Positions 1-9,600 of a DNA stretch of 64,000 nt are shown piece by piece. The translations under genes and the position numbers were made by a program. Source of the stretch: Acidobacteriota bacterium (GTDB lineage: Bacteria; Acidobacteriota; UBA890; WLXD01); contig CBDFKO010000002.1 in assembly GCA_965248845.1 (NCBI GenBank), forward strand, positions 968,063 through 1,032,062, given 5' to 3'. The number at the start of each line of letters is the position of its first letter. Position 1 is the first letter of the stretch. The notes under the pieces are model-generated. The model was not told the DNA's origin. It made no database searches and saw only the letters and a list, made by a program, of their open reading frames with translations.

Positions 1-825
1 TCCCGATGCCAGCGCCGCGCCAAGTGCCGCCCGCCGGCCGGCGATCTCGTCGACCAGCCGGTACAGGCATATCAGGCAGAGCCCGAACAGGATGAGCTGG
101 AAGCCCCGCGCCACGACCACCGGGGCGGTCGGCGACACCATTCGGCCCAGGGTGTACGCGGGCAGCAGCAACAGCGCATAGCCCACCCCGTGCATCGAGT
201 ATCTCGATCCCTCTGCGAGACCCGGCTTGTAGTGAGGCGACAGCGCCGTCGGGTGGAAGGGACGGTACGCACCAGCCCCATACTCGTCGGCCACATCGAG
301 GTCGCCATCCTCCCAGATCGAGTGTGCGACCAGGAGGTGGTGGGGCTCGTCGCCTTGCGGCGACGGCCAGCCCGTTAGCGCCACCAGGCCCACGAGGACC
401 GCGAGCGTGGCGATCGTCAAGGCTCGGTCGCGCGCCGGGCGGCCCGTGGACTGGGCCAGCGCCGTCAAGCGCCAGGCACTCATCAGCCCGCCGATCGCCA
501 CTCCGATCCAGCCCAGAGCCGAAGTCAGCGGGCGGAACGACAGTGGGGCCAGGAGCACGGCGAGTGCGGGCAGGGCCAGCCCGATCATCACCGGGCGCAG
601 AGCCTGCGCCCGCTCCCGAACCGGGATCTCCCGAAGGCGGGTGTCAACGCATGCCGCCAGGCGGGGCAAGGCGGCGGCAAGTCCTGCGGCCACCACCAGG
701 ACCGCCCAGAATGCGCCCGCCGTCACCAGGGCAACGACGACGACGAGCGACCCGCGCGCCCCGGAGCCGGCCGGGATCCAGTGCGAACCAGCCCATACCG
801 ACGACCCGAGCGCTACGGCCGCCAC
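1..825 (-). CDS. Partial integral membrane protein, candidate GT-C fold (ArnT/PMT_2-like) glycosyltransferase; 3' end lies beyond the window start
   Basis: Stop-free minus-strand frame from 963 down to position 1 with several hydrophobic TM-like stretches. The motif GDEPHHLLVAHSIWEDGDLDVADEY follows a TM helix and resembles the ArnT/PMT_2 first-loop DE...GDW motif. Possible starts are GTG at 825 or ATG at 483. Absent from the ORF track because no stop falls inside the window. Confidence 0.35.
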   Translation of the reverse strand, partial: MAAVALGSSVWAGSHWIPAGSGARGSLVVVVALVTAGAFWAVLVVAAGLAAALPRLAACVDTRLREIPVRERAQALRPVMIGLALPALAVLLAPLSFRPLTSALGWIGVAIGGLMSAWRLTALAQSTGRPARDRALTIATLAVLVGLVALTGWPSPQGDEPHHLLVAHSIWEDGDLDVADEYGAGAYRPFHPTALSPHYKPGLAEGSRYSMHGVGYALLLLPAYTLGRMVSPTAPVVVARGFQLILFGLCLICLYRLVDEIAGRRAALGAALASG

Positions 826-902
826 GGAGGCGATCTGCGCGCGATCCGGACTTGAACGGCGTGCGGCGCTCAGCAGTACCTCGCTTCCAGCCGGCGAAAC
901 CG

Positions 903-959
903 CCGCACCAGCAGGCCGTGGTGAAATCTGACGGATCTGGCTATGCCACGGTCTCCTAG
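903..959. repeat. Micro copy (G) of the CTAG-terminated MITE family; its terminal CTAG supplies the frr stop codon
   Basis: caccagcaggccgtggtgaaatctg ... gccacggtctcctag matches the left and right terminal motifs of the other copies. Confidence 0.5.
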
Positions 960-1513
960 ATGGTCAGGAGCTCCTGACGCTTGTTTTCGGCGACCTCGTC
1001 GATCTCGGCACAGAACTTGTCGGTCAACTCCTGTACCTGCCCATGAGCCTGGCGCTCCTCGTCCTGGGAGACCTCCTTGTCGTGCTCGAGCTTCTTGACC
1101 TGCTCGTTAGAGTCACGCCGTACTTGCCTGATCGCAGTCTTGCCGTCCTCTGCGGCGACGCCGACCAAGCGGGCCAGGTCGTGGCGCCGTTCCTCGGTGA
1201 GCTCCGGGATCGGGATACGGATCACCTGGCCGTCGTTGTTCGGGTTGAGGCCGAGATCCGACTGCAGGATCGCCTTCTCGATCGCTCCGATCGAGCTCTT
1301 GTCATAGGGCTGCAGCTGCAGCAGCTGCGGCTCGGGCGCCGCCATGTTGGCAAGCTGATTCAGCGGCGTGCTGGTGCCGTAATAGTCGACGTGGATATCG
1401 TCCAGAATCGAGATGTTGGCGCGGCCGGTCCGGATGGCGCGTAGCTCACGGGCAACGGCGTCCACCGCGGCGTGCATGCGACGCTGCGCGTCGAGCAGAG
1501 TCTCGTTGAGCAT
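956..1513 (-). CDS. frr: Ribosome recycling factor
   Basis: 185-aa ORF with full-length RRF similarity; sits in conserved frr-pyrH-tsf-rpsB synteny. Confidence 0.95.
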   Translation of the reverse strand: MLNETLLDAQRRMHAAVDAVARELRAIRTGRANISILDDIHVDYYGTSTPLNQLANMAAPEPQLLQLQPYDKSSIGAIEKAILQSDLGLNPNNDGQVIRIPIPELTEERRHDLARLVGVAAEDGKTAIRQVRRDSNEQVKKLEHDKEVSQDEERQAHGQVQELTDKFCAEIDEVAENKRQELLTI

Positions 1514-1546
1514 CTCCGACCTCCTGTTCGAGTCTTATTAGTACTC

Positions 1547-2290
1547 CTATCCGACCAACTCGGGCTCCTCGTCGACGATCAGCGAACCGATCGCTTCACC
1601 CCGTACTGCGCGCACAATATTACCGGATTCGCACATGTTGAAGATCAGGATGGGAAGCCCGTTCTCCTGGCAGTGTGTGACGGCCGCCGTATCCATGACG
1701 CGCAGCCGGCGATCCAGAACTGCTTGAAAGGTAGCGCGCTCGATGTGCTGGGCGGTGGCATCGATCTCCGGGTCTGCCGTATACAGGCCGCCTACCTTGG
1801 TCCCCTTCATCACGATGTCCGCACCGATCTCGAGTGCCCGCAGCGCCGCCGCGGTGTCGGTGGAGAAATACGGATTTCCGGTTCCGGCAGCGAAGATGAC
1901 GACGCGTTGCTTGGCCAGATGACGGATCGCCCGGCGCCGAATGAACGGCTCGGCGACCTTGTCCATCCGCAGCGCCGACATGACCCGGGTTTCGAGGCCA
2001 CGCTTCTCCAGCGCATCCTGCAACGCGAGGCTGTTCATGACGGTGGCGAGCATGCCGATGTAGTCGGCGCTCACCCGGTCGATGCCCAGGTCGTCGGCGC
2101 GGATCCCGCGGAAGATGTTGCCGCCACCGATCACGATGCCGATCGTGGTGCCGGCTGCGTGCGCCTGCGCGATCTGGTCGGCAACGCCACGGGCCACCGA
2201 CACGTCGATTCCGTAACCCTGCTCGCCCATCAGGGCCTCGCCAGAGAGCTTGAGCAGGACCCGGCGATATAGAACGGTGGCCTCGGACAT
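1547..2290 (-). CDS. pyrH: Uridylate (UMP) kinase
   Basis: 247 aa with the KLSGEAL and GGGNIFRG motifs of the amino-acid kinase family. Confidence 0.95.
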   Translation of the reverse strand: MSEATVLYRRVLLKLSGEALMGEQGYGIDVSVARGVADQIAQAHAAGTTIGIVIGGGNIFRGIRADDLGIDRVSADYIGMLATVMNSLALQDALEKRGLETRVMSALRMDKVAEPFIRRRAIRHLAKQRVVIFAAGTGNPYFSTDTAAALRALEIGADIVMKGTKVGGLYTADPEIDATAQHIERATFQAVLDRRLRVMDTAAVTHCQENGLPILIFNMCESGNIVRAVRGEAIGSLIVDEEPELVG

Positions 2291-2301
2291 CGGCGCCTCG
2301 G

Positions 2302-2934
2302 CTATTCGGCGGGATCCGCCGCAGCCGCCAGGATGGTGTCGGAATCGCCGATCGCCATGCGCGCGAATCGACGCACGACGATGTTCTCGCCGATCCGGGC
2401 CATCGCCTCGGCAAGCATGTCGCCCACCTTTTGATCAGGATCCTTGACGAAGCTCTGCTCCAACAAGCAAACCTCGGAGTAATACCGCTTCACCTTGCCG
2501 TCGACGATCTTCTCGACGATATGCTCCGGCTTGCCCGCGGCGATCGCCTGCTCCCGGTAAAGCTGCCGCTCGGATTCGAGCGACGAGCCGTCGATGTCGT
2601 CGCGGGAGACGTAGCGTGGACTGGCAGCCGCCACTTGCATCGCCAGGTCCCGCGCCAGCGCAACGAAGTCCTCGTTGCGTGCCACGAAGTCGGTCTCGCA
2701 GTCGAGCTCGAGAACGACGGCGATCTTGCCGCCCATGTGCACATAGCTTTCGATCCGCCCCTCACGGGCCGCCCGGCCGGCGCGCTTGGCTGCCTTGGCC
2801 TTGCCCCTGGTGCGTAGGATCTTGATCGCCTCGTCGATGTCTCCACTGGCCTCCTTGAGGGCGCCCTTGCAATCCATGATGCCGACGCCGGTACGCTCGC
2901 GGAGCTCCTTCACTGCTGCTGCGGTGATTTCCAT
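2302..2934 (-). CDS. tsf: Elongation factor Ts
   Basis: The MEITAAAVKELRERTG...MDCKGAL N-terminus is canonical EF-Ts. Start taken at the internal ATG (2934) rather than the ORF-track start at 2946. Confidence 0.9.
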   Translation of the reverse strand: MEITAAAVKELRERTGVGIMDCKGALKEASGDIDEAIKILRTRGKAKAAKRAGRAAREGRIESYVHMGGKIAVVLELDCETDFVARNEDFVALARDLAMQVAAASPRYVSRDDIDGSSLESERQLYREQAIAAGKPEHIVEKIVDGKVKRYYSEVCLLEQSFVKDPDQKVGDMLAEAMARIGENIVVRRFARMAIGDSDTILAAAADPAE

Positions 2935-3021
2935 CCTTTTCGTCACTTGCTGGGTTTCGGATCTAGGAGGCCTTGCGGCGCGACCGTGAAAATTCTAAAT
3001 CGCGGACCCCGGAGCCAGGGA

Positions 3022-3831
3022 TCAAGCGTCGGCCTGCGCCCCGGTCTCAGGCTCGGTCTCGTTGGCCGACCCCTCGGTTGACTCGCTGTCGGCCTCGGCC
3101 TTCTTGGCCTCCTCGGCTTCACGCGCCGCGGCCTCGAGGCGATCGTCGTAGGTGGCACGACCCGCGATCACCGCGTCGGCGGCGATCCGGCAGAACAGAC
3201 GGATCGACCGGATTGCGTCGTCGTTACCCGGCACGACGTGCGCAATCCCGTCGGGATCGCAGTTGGTATCGACGACCGCTACGACAGGAATGCCCAGCTT
3301 TAGCGCCTCGTCGGCGGCGATGCGCTCGCGCCGGATATCCATTACGAACACGACGTCGGGAAGCCCTCCCATCTCCTTGATGCCTACGAGGTTGCGCTTG
3401 AGCTTGAAGAGCTCCCGCTCGAGCTTCAGCACTTCCTTCTTCGTAAGCAGATCGAAGCGCCCGTCGGCCGCCATGGCCTCGAGATCAACATACCGGTCGA
3501 TGGAGCGACGGATTGTCTGATAGTTGGTCAGCAGACCGCCCAGCCAGCGATGGTTGACGTAGTACTGGCCGCAGCGTGTGGCCTCTTCGGCGATGATGTC
3601 CTGCGCCTGACGCTTGGTGCCTACGAAGAGCACCCTGCCGCCCTGCGCGGACTCCTCCTCCAGGAACTCGAGGGCGCCTCGCCAGGCGTTCTGCGTTTTC
3701 TGCAGGTCGATGATGTAGATGCCGTTGCGCTTGCCGAAGATGAAGGGCTTCATCTTCGGGTTCCAGCGCCCGGTCTGGTGGCCGAAATGAACGCCGGCCT
3801 CAAACAGGTCTCGCAGCGTCACGCTGAGCAA
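3022..3831 (-). CDS. rpsB: 30S ribosomal protein S2
   Basis: The [15 protein letters not shown]-like N-terminus is diagnostic of S2; acidic C-terminal tail. Confidence 0.95.
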   Translation of the reverse strand: MLSVTLRDLFEAGVHFGHQTGRWNPKMKPFIFGKRNGIYIIDLQKTQNAWRGALEFLEEESAQGGRVLFVGTKRQAQDIIAEEATRCGQYYVNHRWLGGLLTNYQTIRRSIDRYVDLEAMAADGRFDLLTKKEVLKLERELFKLKRNLVGIKEMGGLPDVVFVMDIRRERIAADEALKLGIPVVAVVDTNCDPDGIAHVVPGNDDAIRSIRLFCRIAADAVIAGRATYDDRLEAAAREAEEAKKAEADSESTEGSANETEPETGAQADA

Positions 3832-3843
3832 GTCGTCCTCCTA

Positions 3844-4236
3844 CTACCGCTTGCTGAACTGGAAGCGGGCTCGCGCGCCGCGCTGGCCATACTTCTTGCG
3901 CTCTTTCTCGCGCGCGTCGCGAGTCAGAAAGCCGTGCTCCTTGAGCTTCGGCCGAAGATCCGGGTCTGTCGCCAGCAGGGCCCGTGCCACGCCGTGGCGC
4001 ACTGCACCGGACTGGCCGCTGAGACCGCCCCCCTTGACCGTGACGAACAGATCGAACTTGTTGAGCTGGTCAACGACCTCGAGCGGTCGCATCGCGTCTG
4101 CCCGCTGCAACGCGCTCGGGAAGTAATCGTCGAACTCGCGACTATTGACCGTCACCTGCCCGGTACCCGGACGCAAGAAGACGCGGGCCACCGCGTTCTT
4201 CCGCTTGCCCGTTCCATAGAACTGCGTGTCTGCCAT
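3844..4236 (-). CDS. rpsI: 30S ribosomal protein S9
   Basis: 130 aa, GTGKRKNAVARV...GGGLSGQSGA...KKYGQRGARARFQFSKR. Confidence 0.95.
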   Translation of the reverse strand: MADTQFYGTGKRKNAVARVFLRPGTGQVTVNSREFDDYFPSALQRADAMRPLEVVDQLNKFDLFVTVKGGGLSGQSGAVRHGVARALLATDPDLRPKLKEHGFLTRDAREKERKKYGQRGARARFQFSKR

Positions 4237-4250
4237 CGATCTACTCCGGT

Positions 4251-4679
4251 CTACTCGGCGAACGGCTCGGGCTGCTGCGCCGCGTGCGGGTGGTCCGGCC
4301 CGGCGTAGACTTTCAACTTGCGGTACATCTGGCGGCCCACACGGGTCTTGGGCAGCATGCCCTTGACCGCGAGCTCCACGATGCGCTCGGGGTGCGTCTC
4401 CATCATGCGTTGGGCTCGGATCTCGGTGAGCCCACCCGGGTAGCCGCTGTACCGGTAGTACTTCTTGTCTTCCATTTTGGCGCCCGTGAGCACCACCTTG
4501 TCGGCGTTCACCACCACCACGTGATCACCCGTGTCGAGGAACGGGGTGTAGGTCGGCTTGTGCTTGCCCATGAGTAGGCGCGCCACTGTCGTGGCCAGCC
4601 GACCAAGGACCGCACCCTCGGCGTCGAGCGTCAGCCAGCGGCGCTCGATCTCCTTGGCGGAAGGGAACGGGGTACTCAT
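4251..4679 (-). CDS. rplM: 50S ribosomal protein L13
   Basis: 142 aa, [16 protein letters not shown]...YRYSGYPGG motifs; rplM-rpsI pair. Confidence 0.95.
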   Translation of the reverse strand: MSTPFPSAKEIERRWLTLDAEGAVLGRLATTVARLLMGKHKPTYTPFLDTGDHVVVVNADKVVLTGAKMEDKKYYRYSGYPGGLTEIRAQRMMETHPERIVELAVKGMLPKTRVGRQMYRKLKVYAGPDHPHAAQQPEPFAE

Positions 4680-4746
4680 CGGTTCATCACTCTCGGTTCA
4701 TCCCCCAGCAGCGGGCCGGGGTTCGATCACGGGTCGGCCGGCCGCC

Positions 4747-6843
4747 TCAGGCTCCGGCGGCCACCTTCTCCTCTTCGGTGAGTGCCTTCAACGAGAGTCG
4801 AATTCGGTTGGGCGCCTCGATCTTCACTACCTTGACCACGATCTCGTCGCCCTCGGCAACGTGCTCGCGCATGTCCTGGACGTGCTGCTCCGAAACCTCG
4901 GAGATGTGCAGTAGGCCGTCGGTGCCCGGCAGGATCTCGACGAAGGCGCCGAAGTCCTTGATCGAGCGGACCTTGCCGCGATAGACGCGGCCGACCTCGG
5001 CCTCCTGGGTGAGATCCTCGATCATCCTCCGGGCGGCATCACAGGCATCGGTGTCGGGCGAGGCGATCTGCACGGTGCCGTCGTCCTCGACGTTGATCTT
5101 GCAGCCGGTCTCCTCCTGCATCTGCCGGATGATGCGGCCGCCGGGCCCGATGATGTCGCGGATGCGATCGACCGGGATCTTCAGGCTGATGATTTGCGGC
5201 GCCCAGCGGCTGGTCTCCGGTCGCGGCGCCGACAGAGCCTCGCTCATCTTGCGCAGGATGTGCAGCCGGTTCTCGCGCGCCTGGTTCAGCGCCGTCTCGA
5301 AGATCTCCCGGGACAGACCACTGACCTTGATGTCCATCTGCAGCGCCGTGATCCCTTGCGGCGTCCCGGCGACCTTGAAGTCCATGTCACCGTAGTGATC
5401 CTCCTCGCCGGCGATGTCCGACAGGATCGCTACCGTGTCGCCCTCCTTCATCAACCCCATGGCCACACCGGCGACCGGACCCCGGATCGGTACCCCGGCG
5501 TCCATCAGCGACAGCGTACCGCCACAGATCGTTGCCATCGACGAGGAGCCGTTCGACTCGAAGATTTCCGATACCGTGCGGATCACGTACTGCCACTCGT
5601 CCTCGGGCGGGATCACGGGCGAGAGCGCCCGCTCCGCCAGGTTCCCGTGGCCGATCTCGCGCCGGCCGGGCCCTCGCATGAAGCGCGCCTCGCCGACGCT
5701 GAAGGGCGGGAAATTGTAGTGGAGCAGGAAACGCTTCCAGTACTCCCCGTTGTACTCCTCGACCTTCTTGGCATCGTCGCTCGTGCCCAAGGTCGTGGTC
5801 ACAAAGGCCTGCGTCTCTCCGCGGGTGAACAACGCCGAGCCGTGCGCTCGGGGTGAATAGCCGACCTCGCAGGTGATCGGACGCACCTCGTCAAAGGCAC
5901 GACCGTCGAAGCGAACGCCGTCCTCGAGGGCCGACTTGCGGGTGTAGCGCTTGATCAGCTCACCGAGCGCCTCGCTCACGACTGGCCCGAGCTCCTCATC
6001 CTCGGCGACCTGCTCCTTGATGGCGGCCTTCATCTCGCCCATGCGATCGCGGCGCTCGATCTTGTCGCGGACCTGCAGCGCCTCGCTGATGGGCCCGCCG
6101 GCGAGCTCCTCGATGCGTGATACCAGAGCCGGGTCGAGCACATCGGGCACGAACTCGAACTTCTCGATGCTCGCCTGCTCGCGCAGCTTCTCCTGGACGT
6201 CGATCACGGTGTCGATAAACGGCTGTACGAACTCAAGCGCTCCGATGATCTCGTCCTCGGAGACCTCCTCGGCCCCCGCCTCCACCATCATCACGGCGTC
6301 GCGGCGGGCAGCCAGCACGAGATCGAGTCGGCTTTCCTCCATCTGGCTGCTGGTCGGGTTGAGTACGTAGTCGCCGTCGATCATGCCGATGCGAAAGGCA
6401 CCGAACGGAGTGTCGAACGGGATCCGGGACAGGTTGAGCGCGAAGGAGGCGCCCACTTTGGCCAGAACACCCGGATCGTTTTCGCCATCCGCCGACAGGA
6501 CCATGCCGATGACCTGGGTCTCGTGGCGGTATCCCTTCGGAAACAAGGGCCGGATCGTCCGGTCGATCATCCTGCAGGTCAGGATCTCCTTCTCGGAGGG
6601 CCGTCCCTCACGCTTGAAGAAGCCCCCGGGGATCTTGCCCCCCGCGTAGGTCCACTCACGGTAGTCGACAGTGAGCGGCAGGAAGGAGGCCTCACGCGGC
6701 TTGCGCGCCATCACCGCTGTCACCAGAACCTTCGTGTCGCCGCACGAGACCACAACTGCCCCGTCGGCCTGGCGGGCGATTCTGCCCATCTCGACCTCGA
6801 TGGTAATGCCGCCGAGCTCGATCGTTTCACGCACTATGCTCAT
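4747..6843 (-). CDS. pnp: Polynucleotide phosphorylase (polyribonucleotide nucleotidyltransferase)
   Basis: Two RNase PH domains, KH and S1 domains. Start taken at the internal ATG 6843 (MSIVRETIELGG); the ORF-track start at 6948 adds 35 non-conserved residues. Confidence 0.95.
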   Translation of the reverse strand: MSIVRETIELGGITIEVEMGRIARQADGAVVVSCGDTKVLVTAVMARKPREASFLPLTVDYREWTYAGGKIPGGFFKREGRPSEKEILTCRMIDRTIRPLFPKGYRHETQVIGMVLSADGENDPGVLAKVGASFALNLSRIPFDTPFGAFRIGMIDGDYVLNPTSSQMEESRLDLVLAARRDAVMMVEAGAEEVSEDEIIGALEFVQPFIDTVIDVQEKLREQASIEKFEFVPDVLDPALVSRIEELAGGPISEALQVRDKIERRDRMGEMKAAIKEQVAEDEELGPVVSEALGELIKRYTRKSALEDGVRFDGRAFDEVRPITCEVGYSPRAHGSALFTRGETQAFVTTTLGTSDDAKKVEEYNGEYWKRFLLHYNFPPFSVGEARFMRGPGRREIGHGNLAERALSPVIPPEDEWQYVIRTVSEIFESNGSSSMATICGGTLSLMDAGVPIRGPVAGVAMGLMKEGDTVAILSDIAGEEDHYGDMDFKVAGTPQGITALQMDIKVSGLSREIFETALNQARENRLHILRKMSEALSAPRPETSRWAPQIISLKIPVDRIRDIIGPGGRIIRQMQEETGCKINVEDDGTVQIASPDTDACDAARRMIEDLTQEAEVGRVYRGKVRSIKDFGAFVEILPGTDGLLHISEVSEQHVQDMREHVAEGDEIVVKVVKIEAPNRIRLSLKALTEEEKVAAGA

Positions 6844-7038
6844 TCCGCTCGTCCTTTGAGCCGCACTGGGGCTCTCGTCAGGGTCGCGCTGAAGCGCAGC
6901 TGGGTTGCCCTGGTCCGAGGTATGAATCGCTAGAGTGCGTTCCGCCAAGACCGCGTCAACCGACTAACCGCTAGTTCCCTTCGCCGCGTCCGCTTTTTCC
7001 GCTTCGGCCGGCACCAACCGGCTCTATCGATTCGTAAC

Positions 7039-7293
7039 CTACCGCCGCAGCCCGAGCTCTTGGATCAGGCCTTGATAGCGCGCCACGTCCTCGCGGCACA
7101 GGTAGTCCAGCAAGCGCCGACGCTTGCCGACCAGCATCAGGAGTCCGCGCTGCGTGGCGAAGTCCTTCTTGTGAGCTTTCATATGTTCGGTGAGGTGCTT
7201 GATCCGCGAGGTCAGCTGGGCAACCTGCACCTCTGGCGAGCCCGTGTCCGAAGGGTGTCGCCGAAAATCGTCGAATGCAGTTTCCATCATCAA
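7039..7293 (-). CDS. rpsO: 30S ribosomal protein S15
   Basis: [29 protein letters not shown]...RRRLLDYL is canonical S15; lies upstream of pnp. Confidence 0.9.
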   Translation of the reverse strand: MMMETAFDDFRRHPSDTGSPEVQVAQLTSRIKHLTEHMKAHKKDFATQRGLLMLVGKRRRLLDYLCREDVARYQGLIQELGLRR

Positions 7294-7412
7294 TCTTCTT
7301 CTGATTTCCGTTCCGCTTGCAGATACCCGAGCGTGGACACACGAATGCCTCGGTTGAATCGGGTTAGGCTAGCATAGGCCAATGGGGCTGTAAAACGCAC
7401 TCGATTCCGTTA

Positions 7413-8390
7413 CTAGTGTGACGCGGCGGAGTTCTCTTGTCTTATGGCTTTGGCGAGGATCTGGTCGGCGGACTTGAGCCAAAGGAAGGGCTCGGAGCCG
7501 TCGTTCCAGGCTCGGATGAAGCGGTGGATGGCCTTGATCAGGACATCGACGCTGCTGAAGCTGCCGCGCCGGACGGCCTGCGAGGTGAGGATGCCGAACC
7601 AGGTCTCCACCTGATTCATCCAGGAAGCGGAAGTGGGCGTGAAGTGACGCGTGAACCGCGGGTGTTGCTCGAACCAGGCCTCGACCTTGGGCTGGGTGTG
7701 GGTGCCGTAGTTGTCCAGCACCAGGTGGATCTCGCCCTCGGGGTAGGTGCGGTCGATCAAGCGTAGGAAGCGAAGAAACTCCTGGTGGCGGTGCCGCTGC
7801 ATGCAGGTGCCCAGGATCTCGGCGGTGGCTAGGTTCAACGCCGCGAACAGCGTCGTGGTGCCGTGGCGTCTGTAATCGTGGGTGCAGCGCTCTGGATCGC
7901 CGCGGCGCATGGGCAACATCGGCTGAGTCCGGTCCAGAGCCTGGATCTGGCTCTTCTCGTCCACGCACAGCACCAGCGCCCCCTGGGGCGGGTGCAGGTA
8001 CAGCCCCACGATGTCGGTGACCTTGTCCTGCAGGAGTGGATCGGCGGAGTACTTGAAGGTCTCGGTGCGATGGGGCTGCAGGCCGTTGCGCCGCCAGATC
8101 CGCAGGATCGTCGAAGGGCTCGCATCGACCTGTTTGGCGAGCCGCTGTGCGCTCCAATGGGTTCGGCTCGGAGGCCTCTCCAGGGTTGCGGCGATGATCT
8201 TGGCTTCCCGCACGGCGTCGTAGGTGCGCACACGACCAGAGCGCGGCTCGTCACCGAGATCCTCGATGCCCTGCTTGGCTGCGCGAGCGCGCCACATGCC
8301 CACGGTCTGTCGGGAGGTCTCGAGGCGCTCGGCGATCTGCTGGTTCTGCAGCCCCTGCTCGGCAAGCAGGATGATGTGGGCTCGGAACAC
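7413..8390 (-). CDS. IS630-family DDE transposase (catalytic part; GTG start)
   Basis: 325 aa with a DDE_3-like core ([12 protein letters not shown]...[10 protein letters not shown]...WMNQVE). About 55% identical to the second IS630 transposase at 56910..58001. Confidence 0.85.
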   Translation of the reverse strand: MFRAHIILLAEQGLQNQQIAERLETSRQTVGMWRARAAKQGIEDLGDEPRSGRVRTYDAVREAKIIAATLERPPSRTHWSAQRLAKQVDASPSTILRIWRRNGLQPHRTETFKYSADPLLQDKVTDIVGLYLHPPQGALVLCVDEKSQIQALDRTQPMLPMRRGDPERCTHDYRRHGTTTLFAALNLATAEILGTCMQRHRHQEFLRFLRLIDRTYPEGEIHLVLDNYGTHTQPKVEAWFEQHPRFTRHFTPTSASWMNQVETWFGILTSQAVRRGSFSSVDVLIKAIHRFIRAWNDGSEPFLWLKSADQILAKAIRQENSAASH

Positions 8391-8573
8391 CTGCCGCTGC
8401 TGTGAGCTCGGCGCGTCGATTACTCCCTGGAGCCGCTGCCCGCTGCTGCCCGGTCAACGAAATCTCCGGTGCTACCCTGGGCATCGTGGCCTCCTGTCCC
8501 GACAAGTTTACTGTCGAGACAAGGAAGTCTTAATATGCCATATAAGTCAAGCTAATTACGACGCGTTACACTA
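7414..8573. mobile_element. IS630-family insertion sequence (copy 1, ~1.16 kb) inserted into a CTAG between truB and rpsO, with TA duplication
   Basis: Flanks are tacTAgtgtgacgcgg on the left and cgcgttacacTAgcgcc on the right. Terminal inverted repeat gtgtgacgcg / gtgtaacgcg. Reconstructed empty site is aCTAGc. Confidence 0.8.
8391..8505 (-). other. N-terminal HTH segment of the IS630 copy-1 transposase, encoded in a different frame from the catalytic part (frameshift)
   Basis: MPRVAPEISLTGQQRAAAPGSNRRAELTAAAGV aligns to the N-terminus of copy 2 ([17 protein letters not shown]...[13 protein letters not shown]). The catalytic ORF lies in the -1 frame relative to it. Confidence 0.45.
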
Positions 8574-8670
8574 GCGCCGCGTCGTCGTCGAGCCCATTCG
8601 ACCCTTTGGCGAGCCGGCGGGCGCATACGTGATCGGCCTCGAATCCCGTCGCGACGAGGCCGCGACGGCG

Positions 8671-9600
8671 TCACTGCAGCACCACCCTCGGCTGCAACAT
8701 GCCCCCCGGGCGAATCTCCGCGGCCGCGATCATGGAGCCTTGCTGGTCCAGGATCCGTACCCAGCCCCCGGCCCCGGTGCCGGTGATGATGTCGCCGTCC
8801 GCACCGGCTCTGCGCTCGACGATGTGGCGGGGCTCGATGACGCCGCCGTTCCGGAGCCGGTGCAGCCCCTCCTCGCCGACCCGGGCCACAGGCCAGGTCG
8901 GAAGCATCTCGGCGCATGGAATCACAGCCGCCAGCAGATCGTCGCGCGAGACCTGCTCCAGAGAGTCCAGCAGCATGGCGCGGTCGAGGCCGAAGCCCCC
9001 GACTCCGAGACGACGCAGTGACTCCAAGTGCGAGGGATAGCCCAAGGCCTCGCCCAGGTCGCGGGCCAGCGTACGTACGTAGGTGCCCGAGCCGCAGTGC
9101 ACCCGCAGATCGATGCGCTCCCCTTCAACGGCGAGCATCTCCAGCGCGTGGATTTCCACACGAATCAGATCGTGCACCACGCTTTCGCCGCGTCGCGCCC
9201 GCTTGTACGCAGGCTGACCACGGATCTTCTTGGCCGAGTACACCGGCGGGATCTGCTCGATCGGCCCGCGAAAGCGCTCCAGTGCCTGCTCGATGGCCGT
9301 CGCGTCGAGCGGCTCGACCGTGACCGGCCCCTCCACGATCTCCCCCTCGGCGTCGTAAGTATCTGTCGCCCAGCCGAGGCGTACGCTGCAGTCGTACACC
9401 TTGTCTTGGTGCTGCAGGAAGCGACTCAGGCGTGTCGCACCACCGACACAGACGAGCAGCACCCCGGTAGCCTGTGGGTCGAGCGTGCCGGTGTGCCCAG
9501 CCCGCGCATCCAGCTGCTTGCGAACGCGCACGACAACGTCGTGGGAGGTCAGCCCTGCCGGCTTGTCGAGAACCAGCATCCCAGCGACGGCAAGGCTCAT
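8671..9600 (-). CDS. truB: tRNA pseudouridine(55) synthase
   Basis: GMLVLDKPAGLTSHDVV...HTGTLDPQATGVL with the catalytic Asp motif. Start at ATG 9600; the ORF-track extension to 9687 is not conserved. Confidence 0.9.
   Translation of the reverse strand: MSLAVAGMLVLDKPAGLTSHDVVVRVRKQLDARAGHTGTLDPQATGVLLVCVGGATRLSRFLQHQDKVYDCSVRLGWATDTYDAEGEIVEGPVTVEPLDATAIEQALERFRGPIEQIPPVYSAKKIRGQPAYKRARRGESVVHDLIRVEIHALEMLAVEGERIDLRVHCGSGTYVRTLARDLGEALGYPSHLESLRRLGVGGFGLDRAMLLDSLEQVSRDDLLAAVIPCAEMLPTWPVARVGEEGLHRLRNGGVIEPRHIVERRAGADGDIITGTGAGGWVRILDQQGSMIAAAEIRPGGMLQPRVVLQ

Noticed and set aside
324-959. Plus-strand ORFs of 211 and 174 aa at the window start
   Set aside because: They are antisense to a minus-strand membrane-protein frame with TM-like hydrophobic periodicity; their products are Arg/Pro/Ala-rich low-complexity sequence.
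6949-7038. Rho-independent terminator or RNase III hairpin between rpsO and pnp
   Set aside because: The GC-rich segment with a ttttt run (ccgctttttccgcttcgg) does not form a clean complementary stem on the transcribed strand by eye; not reportable without folding.
7294-7412. tRNA-like sequence between rpsO and IS630 (ggttgaatcggg resembles a T-loop)
   Set aside because: No acceptor-stem or anticodon-arm complementarity around it; too short a match.
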